Position numbers and translations under genes: made by a program. A stretch of 64,000 bases of DNA from an uncultured Clostridium sp. (lineage in GTDB: Bacteria; Bacillota; Clostridia; TANB77; CAG-508), in contig CAMSWH010000005.1 of NCBI GenBank assembly GCA_947064765.1, positions 1,853-65,852 on the forward strand, given 5' to 3'. The notes beneath the pieces were generated by a model. The model searched no databases and had not been told where the DNA came from. It was given only the letters and a program-made list of their open reading frames with translations. Below, piece after piece: positions 1-7,686 of this stretch. Each line of letters opens with the position of its first letter. The stretch's first letter is position 1.

Positions 1-2
1 AA

Positions 3-398
3 ACTTTTGAAGAGATATATGAAAAAGCTAATGAAAAAGCAGACGATTTTGAAGGAAATCGTACACTTACAGAAAAAGATACTTTAAAAGTACCAGATAT
101 AGATATTGACTTATTTAAACAATATAATGAATTAGAAAATAAAGAATTTGTATTATCTAATGGTGATACAGGAGAAATAATGGCAGCTATGCAAACAATA
201 AAAATGAAGTTAAACAATAAAGGTGGAGAAATAAAAAGTGAAGCAGCTTTAGATTTTAAAATGCAATTTACAGCATCATTAGAAGATGAAAAAAGAGAAT
301 TTAATTTTGATGATAAATATGTTATATTCTTAAAAGAAAGTGAAAAAGAATTACCATATTTTGCTGCAAATATAGAAAACATTACATTATTTCAATAA
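3..398 (+). CDS. 3' fragment of a serpin-like protein gene (5' end outside window)
   Basis: Frame 3 is open from the window edge to the stop at 396-398. The C-terminal layout KMKLNNKGGEIKSEAAL ... FNFDDKYVIFLKE..LPYFAANIENI resembles the serpin hinge and F-x-x-D-x-P-F-hydrophobic C-terminal signature. The hinge is not Ala-rich. By-eye call only. Confidence 0.35.
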   Translation, partial: TFEEIYEKANEKADDFEGNRTLTEKDTLKVPDIDIDLFKQYNELENKEFVLSNGDTGEIMAAMQTIKMKLNNKGGEIKSEAALDFKMQFTASLEDEKREFNFDDKYVIFLKESEKELPYFAANIENITLFQ

Positions 399-405
399 AT
401 AAACG

Positions 406-445
406 GCTAGACGTGAATTTTATAAAATCACGTTCTAGCGTTTTA
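406..445 (+). terminator. Rho-independent terminator after the serpin-like gene
   Basis: Stem gctagacgtga / tcacgt(t)ctagc (one bulge) followed by gtttt. Confidence 0.6.
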
Positions 446-464
446 AGTTTTTTTAAAATAAATG

Positions 465-493
465 TTGAACAAATCAATTTGATATAATATAAT
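465..493 (+). promoter_or_regulatory. sigma-A type promoter for the 780-aa gene
   Basis: TTGAAC (465-470), 17-nt spacer, TATAAT (488-493). Confidence 0.5.
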
Positions 494-519
494 ATCAAGT
501 GATTAATTAAAGTTATAGT

Positions 520-2862
520 ATGAAGGGGAGAAAAGACGTGGAAAGTGTAACAAAAAGTGAATTACAAAAAAAGTTAAAATATTTAAACTTAGATTTAGAT
601 GATATTCCAAATGATTTAATTGATTATAAACCACTTAATTTTAATGTATCAAGATTAAATAATGATAAGGATCATAGAGTATTTCGTTTTGTTCCAATTG
701 ATAAAATTGATATATTAGTCACACCATGCCTAAGAACAGACCCTTTGAAAGATAAATATGCAAAAGCATTACCATTATTTAAGTATATTTTACAAAATGA
801 TCAAGATGAAGAAGAACTTGAAAGATATACAACTTTTTTAAAGATGTTAGATAGAGTTTCAATACCAGAAATAGAAAGCATAGTAAGTATTCAAAAGGAG
901 CTAGAAAAAAAAGAACCATTTAAGGTAAAATATCCTAAAGCACATATGTGGCAAATTTATTTTTCACCAGCTACAGGTAGATATTTTATGTTAGTATGTT
1001 CAAAAGAGCAAACATATGCAGAGTTTTTCTATTTGATAAAAAAGAAAATTGAATTTGCAAATAGTGAAAGTAAAGTAGCACCAAAAATCTATATACCAAT
1101 TAATGCAATGAATTATTCAGAAGAGTATTTAGATAGAAATGAAATAGCTGATTTAGAAAATTATTTATGGCTATTTACAAAAAATTGGGGATTAACATTT
1201 GAAGTATATAGTAGAACAAATGCATTATCATTACAAATAGTTGGAGAAACAGTAGTATATGATAATGTAAAAAGTAGTTATAAAATAAAATTAACTAACA
1301 GAGAAGAAGCTGTTAAATTTTATAAATTGTTAAAAGCTTTATTTATTATGCAAACAGAAATAAAAAATCATTTTGAATTTATTACTAAAATAGATAGCAA
1401 TAATGGTTTAGAACTATATATGGGTCAAGTAAGGCTAACATACGAAATGTTACCAGAATTTATAAAAAATGAGTTTAAGTTAGCTGAAGAATCAATATTA
1501 AAACAAAATCTAAGTATTAAAGAATTGGAAGAAAAATTAGTTGATATAAAAATTTCAGTTAAAGAAAAAGAAGATGAATATTTAGTAAAACAAAGAGAAA
1601 TATCAACATATTTAGAATGTAAAAAGACTTTTATAGGAAAAGTAAAGTATTTCTTTAAATCTTCAAAATCAAATAAAAAGGTTAAAGTAGAGACTCAAGA
1701 AAAAGTACCAGAGAAAGAAGAGAATAATAGTGTAAGTACTGTAGCATTAGATGCATCCTTAAGAGGAAAAAGATTTTATACAATAGAAGATTTAGTTACA
1801 ATATATTCTTTACTTGAAAGAGCAGAAAAAAATTATAAAAATTTAAATCAAGATTTAAAAGCTCAAGAATTAAAATTAGAAAATATAATATCAAAAGTGA
1901 AAAATGCTAATTTATACATTGAAGAAATAGATAAACATAGGAAAAGTATTTTTGATTTTTGGAAGTTTTCAAATAAAGATGAAAAACTTAGCCTAGAGAT
2001 GGGAGCAGATAAAGAAAATGATGAAAACAAAACAGTAATGAAAAAAGCTTTTGATTTTGAATCAGATTTTGAAGATTTAGGAGCAAAAGTAGATACAATT
2101 CAAAGGAAAAAACTATCTAAAGAAGAAATGGATAGTGTATTTGTAGCTAAAAGTGAGGTTTTAGAAGCATTAAACTTATTAAGAGAAAATAATTTAGAAA
2201 CATCAGTAGCACAAGAATTATTAAATAAATTGAAAAAAGAATTTTCTAGTAATAAACTTGCTATTGAAAGTGAAACATTTGATATATTTGGAAATGTTGA
2301 GGATGATACTAGAAAGTTGAAATATATTGGAAATAGAAGCCATAGAGAAAATGAAAAAAGTAAATTTAAAATATTAAATATAAATAAAAAGATTGATGTA
2401 TTTGACTTAACAGAAAGACTACAAAGTATAATAGGATTTATAGATAGAGCAATACCAAAAGGAAAAGCAGAATATGATTTTTCACTATATAAAGTATGTC
2501 AAATAACAGAAAAAGTAAAAGAAAGAGCATTTGAAGTATATAACATAAATGTTGAGAAGGCATTAGAGGAATATGAAGATGATGGAGAAGGCGCATTAAA
2601 TTTAATTAAATTAAATTATAAAGAAGGATTACCATTATTATATTATTCTAATATTATTTATTATGATAATAATAACCAAACTTTACCAATAGGTATGGAT
2701 TTATCATCAAGTGTTTTATTAGATACTAAAAAATTAAAATTTAGATTAGTAGCTAAAAATAAATTTAGAACAAATAAATATTTCACAGAAAGTAATAATT
2801 TAATATTACCAAAATCAAAAAATGTTTTTGTATATGAATATGATGTAGATATAAGAAAATAG
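520..2862 (+). CDS. large uncharacterized protein with central coiled-coil region
   Basis: 780-codon ORF with host-like codon usage. The ATG at 520 lacks an SD. GTG at 538 is preceded by AAGGGGAG and is the likelier start. I recognise no catalytic motif. The middle third is K/E-rich heptad-like sequence. Confidence 0.6.
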   Translation: MKGRKDVESVTKSELQKKLKYLNLDLDDIPNDLIDYKPLNFNVSRLNNDKDHRVFRFVPIDKIDILVTPCLRTDPLKDKYAKALPLFKYILQNDQDEEELERYTTFLKMLDRVSIPEIESIVSIQKELEKKEPFKVKYPKAHMWQIYFSPATGRYFMLVCSKEQTYAEFFYLIKKKIEFANSESKVAPKIYIPINAMNYSEEYLDRNEIADLENYLWLFTKNWGLTFEVYSRTNALSLQIVGETVVYDNVKSSYKIKLTNREEAVKFYKLLKALFIMQTEIKNHFEFITKIDSNNGLELYMGQVRLTYEMLPEFIKNEFKLAEESILKQNLSIKELEEKLVDIKISVKEKEDEYLVKQREISTYLECKKTFIGKVKYFFKSSKSNKKVKVETQEKVPEKEENNSVSTVALDASLRGKRFYTIEDLVTIYSLLERAEKNYKNLNQDLKAQELKLENIISKVKNANLYIEEIDKHRKSIFDFWKFSNKDEKLSLEMGADKENDENKTVMKKAFDFESDFEDLGAKVDTIQRKKLSKEEMDSVFVAKSEVLEALNLLRENNLETSVAQELLNKLKKEFSSNKLAIESETFDIFGNVEDDTRKLKYIGNRSHRENEKSKFKILNINKKIDVFDLTERLQSIIGFIDRAIPKGKAEYDFSLYKVCQITEKVKERAFEVYNINVEKALEEYEDDGEGALNLIKLNYKEGLPLLYYSNIIYYDNNNQTLPIGMDLSSSVLLDTKKLKFRLVAKNKFRTNKYFTESNNLILPKSKNVFVYEYDVDIRK

Positions 2863-2970
2863 AATATAAATTTATTATAAATATTACATTTAGTATAAAA
2901 TAAAGTGATAAAGTAATGATCTTATATAACAAATGATATACAAAAATATATGAAAAAGGAAAAGAGAAAT

Positions 2971-4146
2971 ATGATTAATAGAGCGATTATTATAGTTTTA
3001 GATAGTTTTGGAGTAGGAGCTTTGCCAGATGCAGGAGAATATGGAGATGAAGGTAGTAATACTTTAGAAGGAATATACTATAATAGTACTTTAAATATTC
3101 CTAATATGAAAAAGTTAGGTTTGTACAATATCCAAGGACTTACAATAAAAGAAAAAGAAGGAAATCCAATAGGAATATATGGAAAAGCTGCTGAAAAAAC
3201 AAAAGGAAAAAATAGTCCAGTTGGACATTGGGAAATAGCTGGATTTATAAAAGATGAACCATTCAAAACATATTATGATGGATTTCCTAAAGAGTTATTA
3301 GATGAAATAACTAGTAGATATGGTATTGATGGATTTATATGTAATAAAAAGGGCTCAGGAACAGACTTTTTAAAACAATATGGAGAAGAAAGTATAAAAA
3401 CTAAAAAGCCTATAGTATATACATCAGCAGATAGTGTATTTCAAATTGCCGCACATGAAGATATGCTTTCAGTGCCAGAGTTATATAAATTATGTAAAAC
3501 AGCAAGAGATGTAATAGATGAAAAAGGTTATGGAATAGGAACAGTAATTGCAAGACCATTTATAGGAACATGTAGTGAAGATTTTACAAGAACATATAAC
3601 AGAAAAGACTATGAAGCAGAAGATTTTGGGAAAACAATGTTAGATTCTTTCCAAGAAAATAATAAAAAAGTATTAGCAATAGGAAAAATAGAAGATTTAT
3701 TTAGTGGAAGAGGAATAAATAGAAGTATACATACAACAGGAAATACAGATGGAATTGAAAAAACAATAGATGCAATAAAAAATGCAAAAGAAGATTTAAT
3801 ATTTGTAAATTTAGTAGATTTTGATATGCTATATGGACATAGAAATAATATAGAAGGTTATGCAAGAGCGTTAGAAGAATTTGATAGTAAATTACCAGAA
3901 ATAATGAATAACTTAAAAGAAGATGATATATTAATTTTAACAGCAGATCATGGAAATGATCCAAGTACACCTAGCACAGATCATGATAGAGAATATATAC
4001 CAATACTTGTATATGGAAAAAGATTAAAACAAAATGTAGATTTAGGAATTAGAGAAACTTATTCAGATATATCAGCAACAATATTAGATATGTTTGGAAT
4101 GGAAAAATTAGAAAATGGAATAAGCTTCAAAAATGAGATAATTTAA
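2971..4146 (+). CDS. deoB: phosphopentomutase
   Basis: N-terminus INRAIIIVLDSFGVGALPDA..YGDEGSNTL and C-terminal TADHGNDP motif are typical of DeoB (alkaline-phosphatase superfamily). The ORF opens at 2950, but the ATG at 2971 has the better SD. Confidence 0.9.
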   Translation: MINRAIIIVLDSFGVGALPDAGEYGDEGSNTLEGIYYNSTLNIPNMKKLGLYNIQGLTIKEKEGNPIGIYGKAAEKTKGKNSPVGHWEIAGFIKDEPFKTYYDGFPKELLDEITSRYGIDGFICNKKGSGTDFLKQYGEESIKTKKPIVYTSADSVFQIAAHEDMLSVPELYKLCKTARDVIDEKGYGIGTVIARPFIGTCSEDFTRTYNRKDYEAEDFGKTMLDSFQENNKKVLAIGKIEDLFSGRGINRSIHTTGNTDGIEKTIDAIKNAKEDLIFVNLVDFDMLYGHRNNIEGYARALEEFDSKLPEIMNNLKEDDILILTADHGNDPSTPSTDHDREYIPILVYGKRLKQNVDLGIRETYSDISATILDMFGMEKLENGISFKNEII

Positions 4147-4158
4147 AGTTATATAATT

Positions 4159-4211
4159 TATATTGTCTATATTTAATTAGGATAAAAATTATTTAAAATA
4201 TAGACAATATA
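4159..4211 (+). terminator. long AT-rich hairpin downstream of deoB
   Basis: Perfect 16-bp inverted repeat tatattgtctatattt / aaatatagacaatata with a 21-nt loop. Confidence 0.45.
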
Positions 4212-4244
4212 AAAATTATATGTTAATATATCTAGTATATACTT

Positions 4245-4410
4245 GAGTTAAGATAGCTGTTTGAACGAAGAGAAATACAGATATCTTATACAGATGTCTT
4301 TATCTAATTATAAAATAGTATATGCCTGAGTTAAGATAGCTGTTTGAACGAAGAGAAATACAGATATCTTATACAGATGTCTTTATCTAATTATAAAATA
4401 GTATATGCCT
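4245..4410 (+). repeat. two perfect tandem copies of an 83-bp unit abutting and overlapping the tRNA 5' end
   Basis: 4245-4327 and 4328-4410 are identical base for base. Each unit ends in agtatatgcct, and the next unit or the tRNA starts gagt. A degenerate junction, agtatatacttgagt, precedes the first copy. Confidence 0.95.
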
Positions 4411-4489
4411 GAGTGGCGGAATTGGCAGACGCACACGACTCAAAATCGTGCGGGAAACCATGCGGGTTCGAGTCCCGCCTTAGGCACCA
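4407..4489 (+). tRNA. tRNA-Leu (anticodon CAA), class II with long variable arm, CCA encoded
   Basis: Acceptor GCCTGAG/CTTAGGC (one G-U pair), anticodon stem cacga/tcgtg with loop ctCAAaa, T arm gcggg-ttcgagt-cccgc, 3' ACCA. Confidence 0.9.
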
Positions 4490-4497
4490 AATAATAA
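4478..4497 (+). repeat. attL core (20-bp direct repeat ccttaggcaccaaataataa)
   Basis: Identical 20-mer at 41780-41799. It covers the tRNA acceptor 3' strand, the CCA and 8 nt downstream. Confidence 0.9.
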
Positions 4498-4544
4498 ACC
4501 TTGTAAATGCTTATTTTATAGCAGATACAAGGTTTATATTTTTC
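4496..4544. terminator. bidirectional terminator between tRNA and int
   Basis: Stem aaaccttgta / tacaaggttt followed by a T-rich run. The tRNA (+) and int (-) converge here. Confidence 0.6.
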
Positions 4545-4577
4545 TAAAATAATGCAATAGTAATGCAGTAGAGTTTT

Positions 4578-6083
4578 TTAATTTATTTTTTCTAATTCTT
4601 GTTTCATAAAATCTATTGAAACAGAAGTATAAACATCGTTAGTAATAGAACTTCCTTCAACATGTCCAACCAAAGATTGCAATACAACTAAAGGTATTCC
4701 TTTTTCTTGACAACGAGTTATAAAAGTATGCCTTAACATATGAGTATGAATATGTCTGGTTATATTTTCTTTTACATTTAATCTATTAAGATATGAATTA
4801 ATTTCTCCATCAGTTATAAAAGTATTTTTTTTATAATCCCAAAATATTAAATTATATATATTAGTTATTTTATTATTTAATTGCTCTTCTAATAATTTTT
4901 TAACTTTTGAAGAAAGAGGGAAGATTCTTTTTCCTTTATCAATTCCTGTTTTCTTATTATATGTCTTAGTGTGTTTTCCAAGTATTACTTTGTCATTTTT
5001 ATCTCTTGTTATTGTTCGATATACAGTTAATGTATTATCTTTAAAGTTAATGCAATCTTTGCTTAAAGCTAAAACTTCTCCAATTCTCATACCTGTGTAT
5101 AATTGTAATAAAAGAATAGTATTGTAAACAGTCTTGTTTGAAAGCAATGATTTTTCTAGTTTTTTCTCTTCTTCAACAGTTAAAGCTTCCACTTTTTTAT
5201 TTGGTTTATGTGAAATTGGTGGAATTAGAGTTTCATCTTCCATCGTGTTGTATTGTATAATTCTTCTAGAATAAGCTATTTTAAAAGCTTTATATAATAA
5301 AGCCCATATTTTTGAAATTGTACTTTTACTGTATTTTCTCATATTTTCTTTTGACTTTTCTATATCTGAAACACTAACTTTTTGAATTGGTTTATCATAA
5401 AAATTATTACAACAGTAACTTATTTGAGCAAGAGTTTCTTTTTCTCTATTGTAACTTCTATCAGAAGTTATCCCATCTAAGTTTTTTTGTTTAACATAGT
5501 TTTCTAAAATAGATTTTATAGTATCATTACTTTTACTTATGTAAGTACCAGTGTTTAAACTATTTTTTATTTCTGTAACTCTAACTTTAAAATCTTTTGT
5601 GGATTCTTTTTTCTTTTGTTTCATAGTTTGCCTTTTTCCATTTGTATCGTAATATTGAAATATCCAACATTTTTGAGTGTCACTAAAGTAAAGACTTCCT
5701 TCTCCATTTCCAACTTGTTTTGTCTTTTTATTTGTTTTTGGCTTTTTTTCAACTGTTTCTTCATTTAATATTTTACTATTAATATAATTTTTTTCTTCTT
5801 TTGTTAAGTCATCATAAGAAACAGCTTCTAAATCACTCCATTGCTTTTTATATCTATTCCAATTATTTACAAAATCCTTAAGAAAAATAGTTTCTACTAT
5901 TTCTTTTTCATAGGGGATGTCAATATTTCCTTTTGACCACATATCAAGATAAAAGTTTTCTAATATGTGGTCAAAATATCCACCAAAGTTTAAATGTAAT
6001 TCATATTTTTTTATAAAATCAATAACCTTTTTTGTTCTACCAAGAACACAAATTGTGCTTCTAAAAAAGCAATACTTTTCCAT
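4578..6083 (-). CDS. int: tyrosine recombinase (phage integrase) with an unusual ~120-aa N-terminal extension
   Basis: Catalytic signature TGMRIGE ... HMLRHTF ... DVYTS. An AP2/arm-type segment, GSLYFSDTQKCWIFQYYDTNGKRQ, starts only around residue 128. At 501 aa it is longer than typical integrases. Confidence 0.9.
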   Translation of the reverse strand: MEKYCFFRSTICVLGRTKKVIDFIKKYELHLNFGGYFDHILENFYLDMWSKGNIDIPYEKEIVETIFLKDFVNNWNRYKKQWSDLEAVSYDDLTKEEKNYINSKILNEETVEKKPKTNKKTKQVGNGEGSLYFSDTQKCWIFQYYDTNGKRQTMKQKKKESTKDFKVRVTEIKNSLNTGTYISKSNDTIKSILENYVKQKNLDGITSDRSYNREKETLAQISYCCNNFYDKPIQKVSVSDIEKSKENMRKYSKSTISKIWALLYKAFKIAYSRRIIQYNTMEDETLIPPISHKPNKKVEALTVEEEKKLEKSLLSNKTVYNTILLLQLYTGMRIGEVLALSKDCINFKDNTLTVYRTITRDKNDKVILGKHTKTYNKKTGIDKGKRIFPLSSKVKKLLEEQLNNKITNIYNLIFWDYKKNTFITDGEINSYLNRLNVKENITRHIHTHMLRHTFITRCQEKGIPLVVLQSLVGHVEGSSITNDVYTSVSIDFMKQELEKIN

Positions 6084-6127
6084 AATAAAATACCTCCATT
6101 TTCAAATAATTTATTTTTAATAAACAC

Positions 6128-6157
6128 TTGAAAAGTGGAGGATACTTATATTATAAT
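6128..6157 (+). promoter_or_regulatory. near-consensus promoter pointing rightward, antisense to the immA/repressor operon
   Basis: TTGAAA (6128-6133), 18-nt spacer, TATAAT (6152-6157). Confidence 0.45.
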
Positions 6158-6199
6158 ACAAGTATAGCCACTTTAAGTGTCTATGTGGAGGAAAATAAA

Positions 6200-6214
6200 T
6201 GTATCAGGTCGCAA
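6200..6214 (-). promoter_or_regulatory. 15-bp motif TTGCGACCTGATACA (minus-strand reading) upstream of int
   Basis: An exact copy lies at 7383-7397 on the plus strand upstream of the xis-like gene. The motif is unusually GC-rich for this DNA. Confidence 0.6.
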
Positions 6215-6245
6215 ATCTAATTACATCTATTTTCCTTTTTTATAT

Positions 6246-6659
6246 TTAAACTAATACACCATATTTTTCGGTATAAAAGTTAATACAATCAATCATATAT
6301 TTAATATCTACATCAAAATATTCAGCTAAATCATATAAGTCTAAACCTTGTATGATTTTTTCTTTTAATTTTTGAAGAGGAATAAGAACAGAATAAGCCC
6401 ATTTCATTGCTCTTAATTCACATTTTCTTTTAGTGACACTATCAGTATTCATATAATAAAGAGAATTACTATAATAGTGTCCAAGTTCTTCTGCTAATAT
6501 TTCCTTTTCTTCAATAGAATTATCAATTTTATCATTATCTAAACCAATATAATAGGCATTATCGATTTCAAATATTTTAGCCTTAGTATTTGACCACTTA
6601 TAATCTAAAATGTCTATATTTTCATTTTCAGCAATTCTATACATATCTAAAGTATTCAT
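6246..6659 (-). CDS. ImmA/IrrE-like (DUF955-type) protein with a degenerate zinc motif
   Basis: Sits directly downstream of the XRE repressor. Pattern EKEILAEELGHYYS ... CELRAMKWAYSVLIP matches the laHElGH ... E.eAn.fA..lLiP layout, but the first His is Glu (EELGH). Confidence 0.6.
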   Translation of the reverse strand: MNTLDMYRIAENENIDILDYKWSNTKAKIFEIDNAYYIGLDNDKIDNSIEEKEILAEELGHYYSNSLYYMNTDSVTKRKCELRAMKWAYSVLIPLQKLKEKIIQGLDLYDLAEYFDVDIKYMIDCINFYTEKYGVLV

Positions 6660-6681
6660 ATATTACCTCTTATAGTTGAAT

Positions 6682-7014
6682 TTATTTTTTATCATTTTTC
6701 TTTTTATTTTTTATAAATTCTACAAATTGATTTAATTCTTTTATATCATCTTCATTAAGACCTTCTAAATCTAAACCTTTATATGATGCATAACGAAAAT
6801 CATTATTAGTATCAAAAAAATAGTTACCATCTTTTTCAAAAATTTCACACATAAGCTGAACAGTATCAACATCTGGACTGTTTAAACCAGACTCCCAATT
6901 AGCAATTACAGTATTAGAAGTTTTTCTGCCTCTATTTGTTAATTCGATTGCTAGTTGTTTTTGAGTCATCTTTTTTTCAATTCGAGCTTCTTTAATTTTT
7001 TTATGTAAGAACAT
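6682..7014 (-). CDS. XRE-family CI-like repressor
   Basis: HTH IKEARIEKKMTQKQLAIELTNRGRKTSNTVIANWESG. The ORF opens at 7053, but the ATG at 7014 has SD AAGAGGTGA. Confidence 0.8.
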   Translation of the reverse strand: MFLHKKIKEARIEKKMTQKQLAIELTNRGRKTSNTVIANWESGLNSPDVDTVQLMCEIFEKDGNYFFDTNNDFRYASYKGLDLEGLNEDDIKELNQFVEFIKNKKKNDKK

Positions 7015-7080
7015 ATATTCACCTCTTTCTTTGAAACAAATATATTTTAACACACATTTTTAGATATGTAAATAAAAAAA

Positions 7081-7096
7081 TTCAGAAAAACTGAAA
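7081..7096. promoter_or_regulatory. operator-like site TTCAGAAAAACTGAAA (copy 1)
   Basis: Inverted half-sites TTCAG/CTGAA. An identical 16-mer lies at 7153-7168 in the divergent promoter region. Confidence 0.55.
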
Positions 7097-7114
7097 AAAT
7101 ATTTAAAAAAACTA

Positions 7115-7143
7115 TTGACATTCCAGAATAAATGAAATAACAT
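7115..7143 (+). promoter_or_regulatory. candidate rightward early promoter
   Basis: TTGACA (7115-7120), 17-nt spacer, TAACAT (7138-7143). Operator copy 2 lies just downstream. Confidence 0.4.
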
Positions 7144-7152
7144 ATAAACAAC

Positions 7153-7168
7153 TTCAGAAAAACTGAAA
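7153..7168. promoter_or_regulatory. operator-like site TTCAGAAAAACTGAAA (copy 2)
   Basis: Identical to 7081-7096. Lies between the candidate -10 and the SD of the cro-like gene. Confidence 0.55.
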
Positions 7169-7186
7169 TTGAGAGGAGGTATAAAA

Positions 7187-7382
7187 ATGTCTGTTGGAAA
7201 ACGAATAAGACTCTATTTAATAGAGAAACGGAATTAGTCAAACTTGGCTATCAGAAGAAACTAAAATTGCATTACCTAAGCTAAATGCATCGTTAAATGA
7301 TAAAAGAAAATTAGATGTTGAAGAGTTTTCAAAAATTATAAATGTTTTAAATGAAGATGCTAACAAATTTATAAATAATTAA
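7187..7382 (+). pseudogene. cro-like XRE HTH gene interrupted by a frameshift
   Basis: SD GAGAGGAGG then ATG 7187. MSVGKRIRLYLIEKRN stops at TAG 7235-7237. The +1 frame continues from 7227 as NGISQTWLSEETKIALPKLNASLNDKRKLDVEEFSKIINVLNEDANKFINN to TAA 7380-7382. Joined, the two pieces give a normal XRE HTH protein. Confidence 0.55.
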
Positions 7383-7397
7383 TTGCGACCTGATACA
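7383..7397 (+). promoter_or_regulatory. 15-bp motif TTGCGACCTGATACA upstream of the xis-like gene
   Basis: Exact inverted copy of 6200-6214. Lies about 20 nt upstream of the ATG at 7418. Confidence 0.6.
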
Positions 7398-7417
7398 AAA
7401 AGAGAGGAGGAGAGAGT

Positions 7418-7684
7418 ATGGAAGAATTATTAAAACAAATATTAGAGGAACAAAAAAAGACAAATGATTTATTAATGTATAACAATTTAGGAAAAGACCC
7501 TAATGAATTATTAACAATAAAACAAATACATAAAGAATTTGATATTGGTGAAAACATGGTAAGAAAAATGTTTGAACAAAAAGATTTACCAGTTCAAAGA
7601 TACACAACACCATTTAAAGTAACAAGACAAGCATTTAATAAATACATAAATATAAGTCATGACAATTTAAGTGAAAGGAAATAA
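7418..7684 (+). CDS. excisionase/MerR-like small HTH DNA-binding protein
   Basis: Strong SD GAGAGGAGGAG. LLTIKQIHKEFDIGENMVRKMFEQKDLPVQRY resembles excisionase-family HTH domains. Its position beside the immunity region fits. Confidence 0.45.
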   Translation: MEELLKQILEEQKKTNDLLMYNNLGKDPNELLTIKQIHKEFDIGENMVRKMFEQKDLPVQRYTTPFKVTRQAFNKYINISHDNLSERK

Positions 7685-7686
7685 AA

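Noticed and set aside
4245-4410. The 83-bp tandem repeat, or the (ATT)17 tract at 53002-53052, as a CRISPR array
   Set aside because: There are no spacers. The 83-bp units are directly adjacent and identical, the ATT tract is a simple microsatellite, and no cas genes are present in the window.
7187-7237. Programmed +1 frameshifting as the explanation for the split cro-like gene
   Set aside because: I saw no recognised +1 slippery or stall context and no obvious stimulatory structure. A one-base indel in the gagAAAcgg run, from mutation or sequencing error, is the more economical explanation.
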